A stretch of 64,000 nt of DNA, from positions 96,001 to 160,000 of the forward strand of contig JANNBC010000052.1 in the NCBI GenBank assembly GCA_031385045.1, in the 5' to 3' direction. The translations under genes and the position numbers were made by a program. This DNA is from a bacterium (lineage in GTDB: Bacteria > Bdellovibrionota_C > UBA2361 > CALJRW01). Below the pieces are notes generated by a model. That model had not been told where the DNA came from, made no database searches, and saw only the letters and a program-made list of their open reading frames with translations. This document shows, in pieces, positions 10,758-19,727 of this stretch (the stretch's first letter is position 1; every line of letters begins with the position of its first letter).

Positions 10758-11432
10758 ATGAACTTATTTGACTATTTACTTCCAAATCGATGCCTAATTT
10801 GTAATTTTGAATGCTCTGCAAGTTTGTGCGCACAGTGTTATCCTGAAGTAATTAATTATCAGCTAAAACGTTGCCCCAAATGTTTTCGAGTCTGGGAATT
10901 ATTTGATGAGCGAGAAATCTGTGTGAAATGTCAGTTAAATCCATCTTTAATAACTAGGCGCAGATTTCTTTGGAACTATGGAGCTGTGACCAGAGATTTT
11001 CTAAATACTTTAAAGTATCGACCGAGTCGTAAGCTTTGTCAGATTGCTGCTGAAATTCTAGCTAGGCACCAAAGTAATTTATATCCTAATTATTCTTGGG
11101 ATTATAAACTGGCTATACCCAGTGATCGGAAGATGCTTTGGAAGCGTGGATTTAACCAAGTCGAGTTATTAATTAAACAACTAAAAGGTCAGGATCTAAC
11201 GCCACAAATTCAACACCTTGGATACCATGCCCCGCAATCTAAATTAAATCATCAACAGCGTCTGCAAAACGTTGCGCAAATCTTTAAATTGAAAGGTCGT
11301 TTGGACGGTAGCAAAGTATTACTAGTTGATGATATGGTAACAACAGGTGCAACAGTAGAGGCAATTAGCAAGGTGCTAAAGCAAGCTGGGGTTCAAGAAA
11401 TTTATTTATTATCATTATCATCAAAATATTAA
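10758..11432 (+). CDS. comF: ComF family protein (zinc ribbon + PRTase)
   Basis: Several CxxC pairs, RGFNQ, LLVDDMVTTGAT PRPP loop. Confidence 0.88.
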   Translation: MNLFDYLLPNRCLICNFECSASLCAQCYPEVINYQLKRCPKCFRVWELFDEREICVKCQLNPSLITRRRFLWNYGAVTRDFLNTLKYRPSRKLCQIAAEILARHQSNLYPNYSWDYKLAIPSDRKMLWKRGFNQVELLIKQLKGQDLTPQIQHLGYHAPQSKLNHQQRLQNVAQIFKLKGRLDGSKVLLVDDMVTTGATVEAISKVLKQAGVQEIYLLSLSSKY

Positions 11433-11439
11433 ACCAAAT

Positions 11440-12201
11440 ATGAATGATCAAAAATTTACAGAATTAGTTGAGATTTTTAAGAGACTTCGTGACCCAGAAA
11501 AGGGATGTCCTTGGGATATTAAGCAGACTCATGAGTCCTTAGTGCAATATTTAATTGAAGAGAGTTACGAGTTAAAAGATGCCATTCAAAATCAGCCAGA
11601 TAAAATCCAAGAGGAGCTAGGGGACTTGTTATTACAAGTAATGCTTCATAGCCAGATTGCTAGTGATGAGGGGCGTTTCTCTGTTTACGAAGTTATTTCA
11701 ACTTTATCAGAAAAACTAATTGAGCGTCACCCGCACGTTTTTGGAGAGTTAGTCGTTAAAGATGCGGAAGAGGTCAAGAAAAATTGGGATAAAATTAAAA
11801 CGGATAAAAACAAAACTAGTCGCTTAGCAGGCATTCCTAAATCTGCTCCAGCTCTATTTCAGGCGGAGTTGATTGGAAAAAAAGTTGCTGCTGCTAATTT
11901 TGACTGGGAAGTGGTCAGCGAGATTAAGGTAAAGATCAAAGAGGAATTATTAGAATTCTTAGAAAGTGAACCTGGTAGTGCCCATGAATTTGAAGAGTTT
12001 GGGGATCTTTTGTTTACCTTGGCGCAGTACAGCCGCAAATTAAAATTTTCGGCAGAAGACTCCTTGCTTGCTGCCTGCACAAAATTTACAAAACGCTTTC
12101 AAGCAATGGAATTAATAGCAGGTCAAGATTTATCAGAGTTGCCTAAAGCGGAATTAGAAAAACTTTGGTCAAAAGTAAAACTTGCAGATTGTGGGAAGTG
12201 A
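11440..12201 (+). CDS. mazG: Nucleoside triphosphate pyrophosphohydrolase MazG
   Basis: LRDPEKGCPWD, EESYE, EELGDLLLQV, RHPHVF, second EEFGDLLF domain. Confidence 0.95.
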   Translation: MNDQKFTELVEIFKRLRDPEKGCPWDIKQTHESLVQYLIEESYELKDAIQNQPDKIQEELGDLLLQVMLHSQIASDEGRFSVYEVISTLSEKLIERHPHVFGELVVKDAEEVKKNWDKIKTDKNKTSRLAGIPKSAPALFQAELIGKKVAAANFDWEVVSEIKVKIKEELLEFLESEPGSAHEFEEFGDLLFTLAQYSRKLKFSAEDSLLAACTKFTKRFQAMELIAGQDLSELPKAELEKLWSKVKLADCGK

Positions 12202-13127
12202 ACTTGATCAAGACTTGGCAGGCTTGCAGAGTTAGTTAGCCTCCAAAACGAATTATAAAAAATATGATCAAGTTTTAGGTTTAAAAGCGGATTGTTAACC
12301 TTCCAAGTTTTAACAAAGCCTTTTCCCCAGAGAACATCCTTAGTCCTTTCTTTTGCTGTAAACCAATTATAGCAAAGACTATGTGGCGTAGCTAAGAAGC
12401 TTCCCACAACTATCTGTGGCTCTTGGCTATTCTTAACTACAGTTGCCAGTCTGCGACAGTAGGCTTTATTATTATGAAAATTACTTTCAATTAATGGGCT
12501 TAGTGCGTTAAAGAAAATAAAATTGGTGGTAATTGTTTGATTAAGTCTAATTTTAGCGATCAAATAATTAGGTAGCTCCTGCTCCTGATCAAAGTTTTGC
12601 TGGATATCCTCTAAGTCTAGTTGGCTAAAGATTAGTAAATCAAAATCATGTTTCTTGTAGTGTAAGACATTAATCTGCTCTGTGGTTTTAAGAGTTTGAA
12701 TTAAAGCCAAGCTAATCGTGGGATTATAGTTTTTGAGCAAAATTAAATTTGCTTGGCTATTTTTAATCTGCTTTTTTAATTCTTCTAAAGAATCTAGCGA
12801 TCCTAACTTTGCAAAATAAATATTAACTTTTGGTTCTTCAACTCCTGATGAGAACGGGGGATTTTCTGGATAGAAATAGAAATTTTTAATATCTGCAAAA
12901 ATACGATAATCAAGAACTAGCATCAGAGTAAGGCTAATTAGTAGGGATGCCTTTCTAAACTTTAATAATTTATAAAATAGGAATGCAGTTAAGATTAATT
13001 GAAAGCTTAGCAAATAGCCTTGTAGATTAGTGGCAATGTCGAGAAAGAAAGAAACTGGCGGAGCGTATGTTGCCAGGTTAAGAAACAGAGAGACACTAAT
13101 AGCTAATAGGATTAAGATTTTTTCCAA
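12123..13127 (-). CDS. Membrane-anchored endonuclease/exonuclease/phosphatase-like protein (degenerate)
   Basis: Three N-terminal TM helices; PQIVVGSFLATP, TW and LDHIFY...DQVHFP resemble the EEP GDFN, LDHI and SDH motifs but with substitutions; TTG start overlaps the nuoA end. Confidence 0.6.
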   Translation of the reverse strand: MEKILILLAISVSLFLNLATYAPPVSFFLDIATNLQGYLLSFQLILTAFLFYKLLKFRKASLLISLTLMLVLDYRIFADIKNFYFYPENPPFSSGVEEPKVNIYFAKLGSLDSLEELKKQIKNSQANLILLKNYNPTISLALIQTLKTTEQINVLHYKKHDFDLLIFSQLDLEDIQQNFDQEQELPNYLIAKIRLNQTITTNFIFFNALSPLIESNFHNNKAYCRRLATVVKNSQEPQIVVGSFLATPHSLCYNWFTAKERTKDVLWGKGFVKTWKVNNPLLNLKLDHIFYNSFWRLTNSASLPSLDQVHFPQSASFTFDQSFSNSALGNSDKS

Positions 13128-13474
13128 TCAAATACACCTTTTCGCCAAACATAGATTAACCCAACGACTAAAACACCAATGAAACTTAAGACTCCTGCGA
13201 AAGCACTCCAGCCAAGGTTTAGAATATTTACTGCCCAAGGGTACATGAAAACAATTTCAATATCGAAAAGAATAAATAGGACAGCAATTAGATAGAAATT
13301 AATATTAAAACGAGTTTCGTTAACAGATCCAACTGGGTTAGATCCACACTCAAAGGGGCCTTGCTTAGTTTTAGTTTTATTTTGTGGGCCTAAAAAGATT
13401 GATAATAACAACATAGTTATTAGAAACCCAGAGGTGGCAATAATAAGAGTTAGGATACCAGCATATTCGTTCAT
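13112..13474 (-). CDS. nuoA: NADH-quinone oxidoreductase subunit A
   Basis: PFECG loop, FYLIAVLFILFDIEIVFMYPWA, WRKGVFDW. Confidence 0.95.
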   Translation of the reverse strand: MNEYAGILTLIIATSGFLITMLLLSIFLGPQNKTKTKQGPFECGSNPVGSVNETRFNINFYLIAVLFILFDIEIVFMYPWAVNILNLGWSAFAGVLSFIGVLVVGLIYVWRKGVFDWKKS

Positions 13475-13480
13475 GCCTTG

Positions 13481-13509
13481 AATATAATTTTAGCTGTTAA
13501 ATCAGTCAA
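13481..13509 (-). promoter_or_regulatory. Sigma70-type promoter, leaderless, for nuoA
   Basis: TTGACT-17 nt-TATATT ends 6 nt before ATG 13474. Confidence 0.65.
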
Positions 13510-13813
13510 GGAAGGCAAATTGCTGATAAATTATAGTCATCCCAAAAAATAATTTCCGTTAGGAAATTATAAAACACATCATGACTATAAAAGCGACCAG
13601 AGGGAGCCAAAAGACAAATAGTAAACCCAACTAGAAAAAACAGAGTTAAACCAAAGGTTTATCTATAAACTTAAATCCTTCAATTACTTCGGGGTGAAAA
13701 ATAAAAATACTGAGATAGTATATAGGCAACATATTTTTCGGAAAGCCTTTTTTGGGTTTACTATATCAGTAAATTCGCACACTGCTCCGAAGTATCTCAT
13801 AACAATATCACTT

Positions 13814-14071
13814 ATGACTCCAACTACCGCTACATTAATGAAAAGATTAACTTTGCCGGGAGCGGTACTCCTTACTTCTGCCAGTCTTGGAGCTTTGGAT
13901 TTAAAGGATCTACCAGATGCTGTGACTAGTTCCTTTGCTCAGCATTCCCTTAATCTTGCTTTTGATACACCAATTAAGAATATCTTTTCTGGGGTAGGGG
14001 TAACTACAGGACTACTCGCGGTCATCCTAGTTGGTGCTGTTTGGCAAGCAGAAAGACGAAGTAACTATTAA
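13814..14071 (+). CDS. Small hypothetical membrane/exported protein
   Basis: ATG 13814 (or 13838) gives a signal-like N-terminus and a C-terminal TM; start uncertain. Confidence 0.45.
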   Translation: MTPTTATLMKRLTLPGAVLLTSASLGALDLKDLPDAVTSSFAQHSLNLAFDTPIKNIFSGVGVTTGLLAVILVGAVWQAERRSNY

Positions 14072-14231
14072 AGTTTAACCTTAGATCCGCATTCCTACAG
14101 ATTTCACTCTAAAATTAAAGTAATTACTAGTTTTTTTTAAGTACAATTACTCATAATCTTTTTGTTGTTTTGTATTATGAAAAGCATTACTCTAAATTTT
14201 TATCACTAAATATTTATAAAGTTACTATCAA

Positions 14232-15290
14232 ATGAAGAACCTACTGCTACTTTTCTTGGCAACTTTTCTTGCTACAAGTCTTTTGGCCCAGCCAGAGATA
14301 AAAATTGGTGCAGTCCTACCGCTTAGTGGTGATGCTCAAGCTTTTGGTCAAGAAGCACGGATGGCATTGGAGCATTCATTGGCAGATTTCCCCAATAAAA
14401 AATTTAAATATAAATTAATTTTTGAAAATGATCAGTTATCTCCGGCGAAAGCGTCTCTTGCTGCTAAAAAATTATTAGATATTGATGGAGCTAAAATAAT
14501 TTTTTCTAACTGGTCTTATGGTGGGAATGCTGTTGCAAGTACGCTTAAAAATAAACCTGCCATTAATTTAGCCTTTGCCTGGGATCAGCAAATCTTAGCT
14601 GTGGCTGATAATAATTTTATTATTTCTGGTGCTCCGGAACGTTTAGCTAAAGCTATTATTCAAAAGATTCAAGCTGAAGGTGGGAAAAGTATTATCTTAA
14701 TTGGTTTCCAAGAAGCTGGAGTAGAGTTCTCTTTTAATGCACTAGAAGCCTATGCTAAAGAAAATGGAATTAGCGTTTTAAAGAGAATTGAGACTAATCC
14801 CGCAGAAATTGCCGATTATCGTAGTCTTTTAACACAAGCAAAATCTTTAAAGCCAGATTATCTAGTTACTTGTTTAATTTATCCTCAGATGTTGGAGCTT
14901 TTTAAGCAAATGAAAATTTTAAAAGTTGATCTGCCCGTTAGTAGTATTGGCCAAGCACCTTTTGCTCCCGAATTTAAAACAATTCTTCCTAAAGTTTGGT
15001 GGTCTGTAGATTATCAAGCAAATGTTCAAGATTATCAGAAAATTAGAGAGCGAACGGGATTACAGGATTTTAGTGGCTATCCATCATACTACGAAGCGTT
15101 ACGCGCCATTCTTACAATTATGGAACGTGCCCCGTTAGATGCTATTCCGACAATTGAAAAAATCAGAGAAGACTTAGCAAGCTATCAACAAGAATCCTCT
15201 CTGCTGGGTAAGATTTATTATCAGAATCGTCACCTGCAAAGTGAAAATGTTGGCTTAGTTGATCAGTTAATTCGGTATAAGCCAAATTAA
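14232..15290 (+). CDS. Periplasmic substrate-binding protein, LivJ type
   Basis: Signal peptide, IKIGAVLPLSGDAQAFG, FENDQLSP, DYRSLL...KPD. Confidence 0.85.
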   Translation: MKNLLLLFLATFLATSLLAQPEIKIGAVLPLSGDAQAFGQEARMALEHSLADFPNKKFKYKLIFENDQLSPAKASLAAKKLLDIDGAKIIFSNWSYGGNAVASTLKNKPAINLAFAWDQQILAVADNNFIISGAPERLAKAIIQKIQAEGGKSIILIGFQEAGVEFSFNALEAYAKENGISVLKRIETNPAEIADYRSLLTQAKSLKPDYLVTCLIYPQMLELFKQMKILKVDLPVSSIGQAPFAPEFKTILPKVWWSVDYQANVQDYQKIRERTGLQDFSGYPSYYEALRAILTIMERAPLDAIPTIEKIREDLASYQQESSLLGKIYYQNRHLQSENVGLVDQLIRYKPN

Positions 15291-15421
15291 TATTTTTTCA
15301 TAACTTGTCTTGTAGAGTTAAGAGAGCAATTTGTTAATCTATTTTAAGCTAATTAGTTATTTATTACCTAAAAAACTAGATATTAGTTTGTTAGGTTATT
15401 TAATTATGTTACTTTTTAGTA

Positions 15422-16303
15422 ATGCTTCAGCTTGAACAACGTTTTTCACGAACCCCACAATTTACAGATCAACCGCTCGAAGTTAATTTTATCCGTCATG
15501 GCTTATCAGCTGGTAACTTTGTTAAGAAGCTTGTTAAGGAAGGAAAATTATCTGGTGAGAAACTTGCTCAACTACTGGAATTACTCCGAATTGATTGGGA
15601 TATTCCCTTAGTGCCTGCTGGAATTAAAGAAGCCCAGGAAATTGGACTGCGATTAAAAGATGATCCTTTTTTTGATCCAAAATCAATTGATGTTGTTGTG
15701 GTAGCAAATTATCGTCGTGCCCGTGAAACCGGCTATGAAATTATCAATGCTGCCGGAATAGATCCTAAGAAAGTTATCGAATTAAATCCCACGATTGCAG
15801 AACGGGATTGGGGAGATCATCATTTACAAGAAGCTGAAAAAATCCTTCGTGCTGAAAAGCTAAGAATAGAAGATCCTTTTTGCTGGTCACCAACGGATGG
15901 TGAGAATATGAGATTTGCACGCGAGCGTGTTCATCATGTATTTGGAACCTTTAATCGGCGTTTTGGTGGAAAACGAGTTTTAGCTCTTAGTCATGGAGAA
16001 TTTATTGTTTCAGCTAAGTCGGAAATCTGTCGAATTTATGATCAAGTTGCTTTTGGTCAGCTGATACAGCAAGGTATTCCCAACTGTGGCTTAGTGCAAT
16101 TTTCTCGCTTAAGCCCAGAGGGAGTTGAATCCAAAAGATATTCTCATATTCGACAATTGGCGGTAAAGTCTGCAGCTCATCAGGGAGATTGGTCAGGGGC
16201 CTGGCAGGAAATACAGCATCCTAAATATGATCTAAGTAATATTCGTGCTCCCGCAACAGATCGTTCTAAGGCAATCTTAGAATTGCTTGAAGAATTTTTA
16301 TAA
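15422..16303 (+). CDS. Histidine phosphatase (phosphoglycerate mutase superfamily)
   Basis: RHG motif, RRARETG, ERDWG, GEN, LSHGEF, IPNC. Confidence 0.85.
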   Translation: MLQLEQRFSRTPQFTDQPLEVNFIRHGLSAGNFVKKLVKEGKLSGEKLAQLLELLRIDWDIPLVPAGIKEAQEIGLRLKDDPFFDPKSIDVVVVANYRRARETGYEIINAAGIDPKKVIELNPTIAERDWGDHHLQEAEKILRAEKLRIEDPFCWSPTDGENMRFARERVHHVFGTFNRRFGGKRVLALSHGEFIVSAKSEICRIYDQVAFGQLIQQGIPNCGLVQFSRLSPEGVESKRYSHIRQLAVKSAAHQGDWSGAWQEIQHPKYDLSNIRAPATDRSKAILELLEEFL

Positions 16304-16320
16304 TAATATTTTTGGGAAGT

Positions 16321-17580
16321 TTAGTGCCGAGCTCCTGTGTAGCGTAGTGTTTCTACTCCACCGTTGGTTTGTTCAATTAGGGACATGTTGTCGCGGTCGA
16401 ATTGCATTTTCATAACATTTCCCTGATCATTAAAGCTGTCTGTTACTGTTACAAATCCTGTTGTATTTAAAAAGATAAATAATTGTTTGCCATTAGGATT
16501 AATGTGTTGCTTGATTGCCGCCTGGCAAACCTGACATGGAAAACATCTCTGTTGATTGACCTGCGGATCGGGGTGGGGATTATAACTTCCTGAAAATAGG
16601 ATCATTCCATCAATTAGCCCTTGAGGTTTTTTCTTGAGCATTTCACTCATGGAAGCACGTTCACCGCAGAATCCTTGACCATTATTTCCGTAGTAGATAT
16701 TTGTTCCGGCGTAGATATGAGATCCCCCCAGAATCGCCGCTCCGTAAGCAGTTCCCCCAGAAGCAGAACGATGATGTTTAGCAAAGGCAGAGGCTAAGAT
16801 TGCTTTATGGTAAGCAGACTTAAGACGTTTTTTTTCAAAACTAGGATCAAAATTTGTAGCGATGATATCGTAGAGGGCATCAAAATCAACGTTAGTAATT
16901 TGTTCAATAACAGCAGGAGCTACAGCCCGGAGCAGGTTATCTAGTGAAAGATCTTTTCCGCTAAATTTTTCCCTAGGTAGGATACTTTCTAATTTTCTCA
17001 TCATATGGGAAGGCGATGCTGGATCTGCTTGGAAGGAAGGATTGCGCGCAGTTAGTACGTCGGTTGAACCGACTTGAATATTTCTTCCGTTATCGATTAA
17101 TTTAATATTATGAACTTCATGGTAAAATTCGCAAAGCATTAGATCTTCGCCACCCTCAATACAATATCCATTTTGGGACAATGTCAGCACTACAAGTTTA
17201 CTTCTAGTCGCATGGTTGTAAGAGCCTGAAGTTAGTATTTCTCCAAAGGCAGTCATGCCAAGTGGTAAGTCGGCAGTACCCATCCCACGCTGAACACGAA
17301 CACCTGCAGAAATTTTTCCATCATAAGTTATTAAACATAGTCCGTACTTTAGATGATGTGGATCAAATGCTTCACCAAAGCTTGTCTCTTTAGAATTAAT
17401 ACAATTCATTAAAGCTTGTTGAATTGTAAGATCAGGAACCTGATGACCAAAAATTTTATGAAGTTGGTTTTGAAGCTGTGCTACAAGCGGGGGAGTAATC
17501 AGTGGAGATCTACTGATTCCACCAGAGAATTTTTCACCTTCAAATGGAGCAAACAGTTGGTTATTAGGTGCAAATATCAT
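16321..17580 (-). CDS. Cytidine-deaminase-fold protein with two tandem domains
   Basis: C-terminal YGAAI...YAGTNI...CGERA...PCQVCQ zinc motif; N-terminal related domain lacks the zinc ligands. Confidence 0.7.
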   Translation of the reverse strand: MIFAPNNQLFAPFEGEKFSGGISRSPLITPPLVAQLQNQLHKIFGHQVPDLTIQQALMNCINSKETSFGEAFDPHHLKYGLCLITYDGKISAGVRVQRGMGTADLPLGMTAFGEILTSGSYNHATRSKLVVLTLSQNGYCIEGGEDLMLCEFYHEVHNIKLIDNGRNIQVGSTDVLTARNPSFQADPASPSHMMRKLESILPREKFSGKDLSLDNLLRAVAPAVIEQITNVDFDALYDIIATNFDPSFEKKRLKSAYHKAILASAFAKHHRSASGGTAYGAAILGGSHIYAGTNIYYGNNGQGFCGERASMSEMLKKKPQGLIDGMILFSGSYNPHPDPQVNQQRCFPCQVCQAAIKQHINPNGKQLFIFLNTTGFVTVTDSFNDQGNVMKMQFDRDNMSLIEQTNGGVETLRYTGARH

Positions 17581-17761
17581 AGAAAAATTTTTTCTTTAGG
17601 AAGTAGATAATTATAGGGGATACTAGTTCTTAGTCAAAAAAACGAGATCCTTATAATGTAGGTAATCTCTTAAATGTGGAGGTTTCAATAAAAAAAATAC
17701 TTAAATCTTTTATATTTAGTCAATTGGGGATAACGATTTGTGCAAGGCTAAGTCAGTCGCC

Positions 17762-18916
17762 CTAAGCTTTAAAAGACAAATAAATAAAGCTAGCGCCAGT
17801 CTGAGTTTGAGGGGAGAAGTTTTCGATTATGGCTGAAATTAAGGTTGGGGAGAGTTTCTGGATATCTTTTCCGCTCCCTAAATCCTGTCCAATAAAAGTT
17901 CCAGTGTCTGTTTTAGAAATAACAATTGGAATCCCAGTGCTTAATTTAGCACTAAAAGCGACAGCATCTAATCCTAAGCCACCACCACTGCTGCTAAAGT
18001 GCTGAAAGATTTTACTAAGTTCTGCCGAGCGAATTGGATTCCCACGAAATCCTGGAGACCTCTCATTTCCATCATAAACACCTAGCCCATCATCAATTAC
18101 ACCTAAAACTCGGACTCCCTCAATCTTCATTGCCTTGCAGAGTACCTGCTGACTGGCAAAACGTTTAGCATTTCGAAGATACTGATGAAGTATAAAATGC
18201 TCTGTCGTAGTGAGATCACTAATCTCTGGTTCAATTTGAAATGCTAATTGAATGCGCTCAATTTTGGAATGACCAGCTGTTGTGCAATGTCGATAACGAC
18301 TGACATAGATATCCTTAGCAGGTGCTAAGTCTGCAAATTCTTTGATTGCAACATATCCTTGAAAGTTAGACATCCCTTCACTTAGGATAAATCCGATTTG
18401 TTTAATTAAGGTTTGATAAAGTGGCAAGTTTTTTATGATCTTTGGTAAGCATAATTCTTCCACTACTTTTAACATGGTCTCGCTTCGTGATTTGCTATTT
18501 AGTTGTTCAATTAAGCTTTCAAAGGCTGCTAGGAAGATTGCTAAATTGGTTCTAATATCATGCCCTGGTATCTCCAAGGCAATTCTTAAATGATCTGGAT
18601 AATTCCCTGTTAATTTTTCTAGCTTCTTAGTTTTCTTTTCGCTCCAAGTGATAATTTTAGCAGTAACTTCTTTAATTTCATCGCAAAGCTTTTCTAGCTG
18701 GTGAAGCGATTTTTTCTTTTTAAGACCAAGAACTTCTTTGGAGGCATTTTCAGCTAAGCAAATAAACTCTGGAATTGTTGGAAATTTTGGACTGTCTAGT
18801 AAGATCGTAAGTCCTTTTTTAATTGCAACTTGAACCTGCGGTGGGTATTCCGAATGTTTTAAGTGTAGACTTTTCAGTTCGATTGGTCTTAAAGATTTAT
18901 TAGGCTTAGGGGTCAT
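17762..18916 (-). CDS. Soluble histidine kinase-like protein
   Basis: H-box HDIRTNL, N-box YLRNAKRF, G1 DDGLG, F-box IFQHF, G2 GGGLGL. Confidence 0.7.
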   Translation of the reverse strand: MTPKPNKSLRPIELKSLHLKHSEYPPQVQVAIKKGLTILLDSPKFPTIPEFICLAENASKEVLGLKKKKSLHQLEKLCDEIKEVTAKIITWSEKKTKKLEKLTGNYPDHLRIALEIPGHDIRTNLAIFLAAFESLIEQLNSKSRSETMLKVVEELCLPKIIKNLPLYQTLIKQIGFILSEGMSNFQGYVAIKEFADLAPAKDIYVSRYRHCTTAGHSKIERIQLAFQIEPEISDLTTTEHFILHQYLRNAKRFASQQVLCKAMKIEGVRVLGVIDDGLGVYDGNERSPGFRGNPIRSAELSKIFQHFSSSGGGLGLDAVAFSAKLSTGIPIVISKTDTGTFIGQDLGSGKDIQKLSPTLISAIIENFSPQTQTGASFIYLSFKA

Positions 18917-19198
18917 ATTTAATTAGAGTCTTATTCTCAGAGCTTTTGTGACAAGATGTTACTTAGTTCTAGTTCTTAATCAAGAAGGCCATCTGTGTAA
19001 TCTATTAATTATCTTAGTATAATTGGCAGTTAGCTATTTTAAAGCCTCGGCTCCTTCTTTGAAATTAAGTAAAGCCACAGAAAATTTATATCAGAGTTGC
19101 ATCTCTTGCTGAATTAAATAAGTAAAGTTGTTCTCATAGCAACATATTGAAAACTTTAACGATATTTTACGAAGTAATTTAAGCTTCAATATTTCATA

Positions 19199-19227
19199 TT
19201 GAAAATATGTATTTAAATATGTATAAT
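19199..19227 (+). promoter_or_regulatory. Near-consensus sigma70 promoter of the toxin-antitoxin pair
   Basis: TTGAAA-17 nt-TATAAT; ATG follows 4 nt later; overlapped by AAATATGT direct repeats. Confidence 0.7.
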
Positions 19228-19231
19228 AAAT

Positions 19232-19465
19232 ATGTCACCAACCATCCTCCGAACAAAGAATATCAGGATAGTCATTTATTTTCATGATCATGACCCACCA
19301 CATATTCATGTCTATGGAGCTGGTGCTAAAGCTAAGTATTGAATTGATTCTTTAGAATGTCTTTATTCGGAGGGGTTTTCGGAGAAAGCTTTGCAGCAAA
19401 TTCGTGATTTTTTAGAAGACAAAAAACTTTTTTTACTAGACACTTGGCATGACTTTCAAGAATAA
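19232..19465 (+). pseudogene. DUF4160-family toxin-like gene interrupted by in-frame TGA (19340-19342)
   Basis: Manual translation MSPTILRTKNIRIVIYFHDHDPPHIHVYGAGAKAKY*IDSLECLYSEGFSEKALQQIRDFLEDKKLFLLDTWHDFQE; DHxPPHIHV and terminal W are family hallmarks; absent from the ORF track. Confidence 0.8.
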
Positions 19466-19727
19466 AAAAATCACTTTTGGTAATGTCGATCTTCCGATTG
19501 ATGAATTTGAACCAAAAAATGTTAAGATTCGAATTACTACAATGCTTGATGAAAGTATTCTCAATGCTTTAAAAGTACTTGCTAAAAAAAATGGTCAAAA
19601 ATATCAGACTCTAATTAACTCTATTCTTAAAAACTTTATCCAGCAGAATCTTTCTACAAGAAATCCTAGAGATTTTGAAGCTAGAGTTCGAAAGATTGTC
19701 AGAGATGAATTAAAGAAACGAGCCTAA
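19449..19727 (+). CDS. BrnA/CopG-like ribbon-helix-helix antitoxin
   Basis: KIRITTMLDESILNALK...GQKYQTLINSILK; overlaps the toxin-like gene by 17 nt. Confidence 0.8.
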   Translation: MTFKNKKITFGNVDLPIDEFEPKNVKIRITTMLDESILNALKVLAKKNGQKYQTLINSILKNFIQQNLSTRNPRDFEARVRKIVRDELKKRA

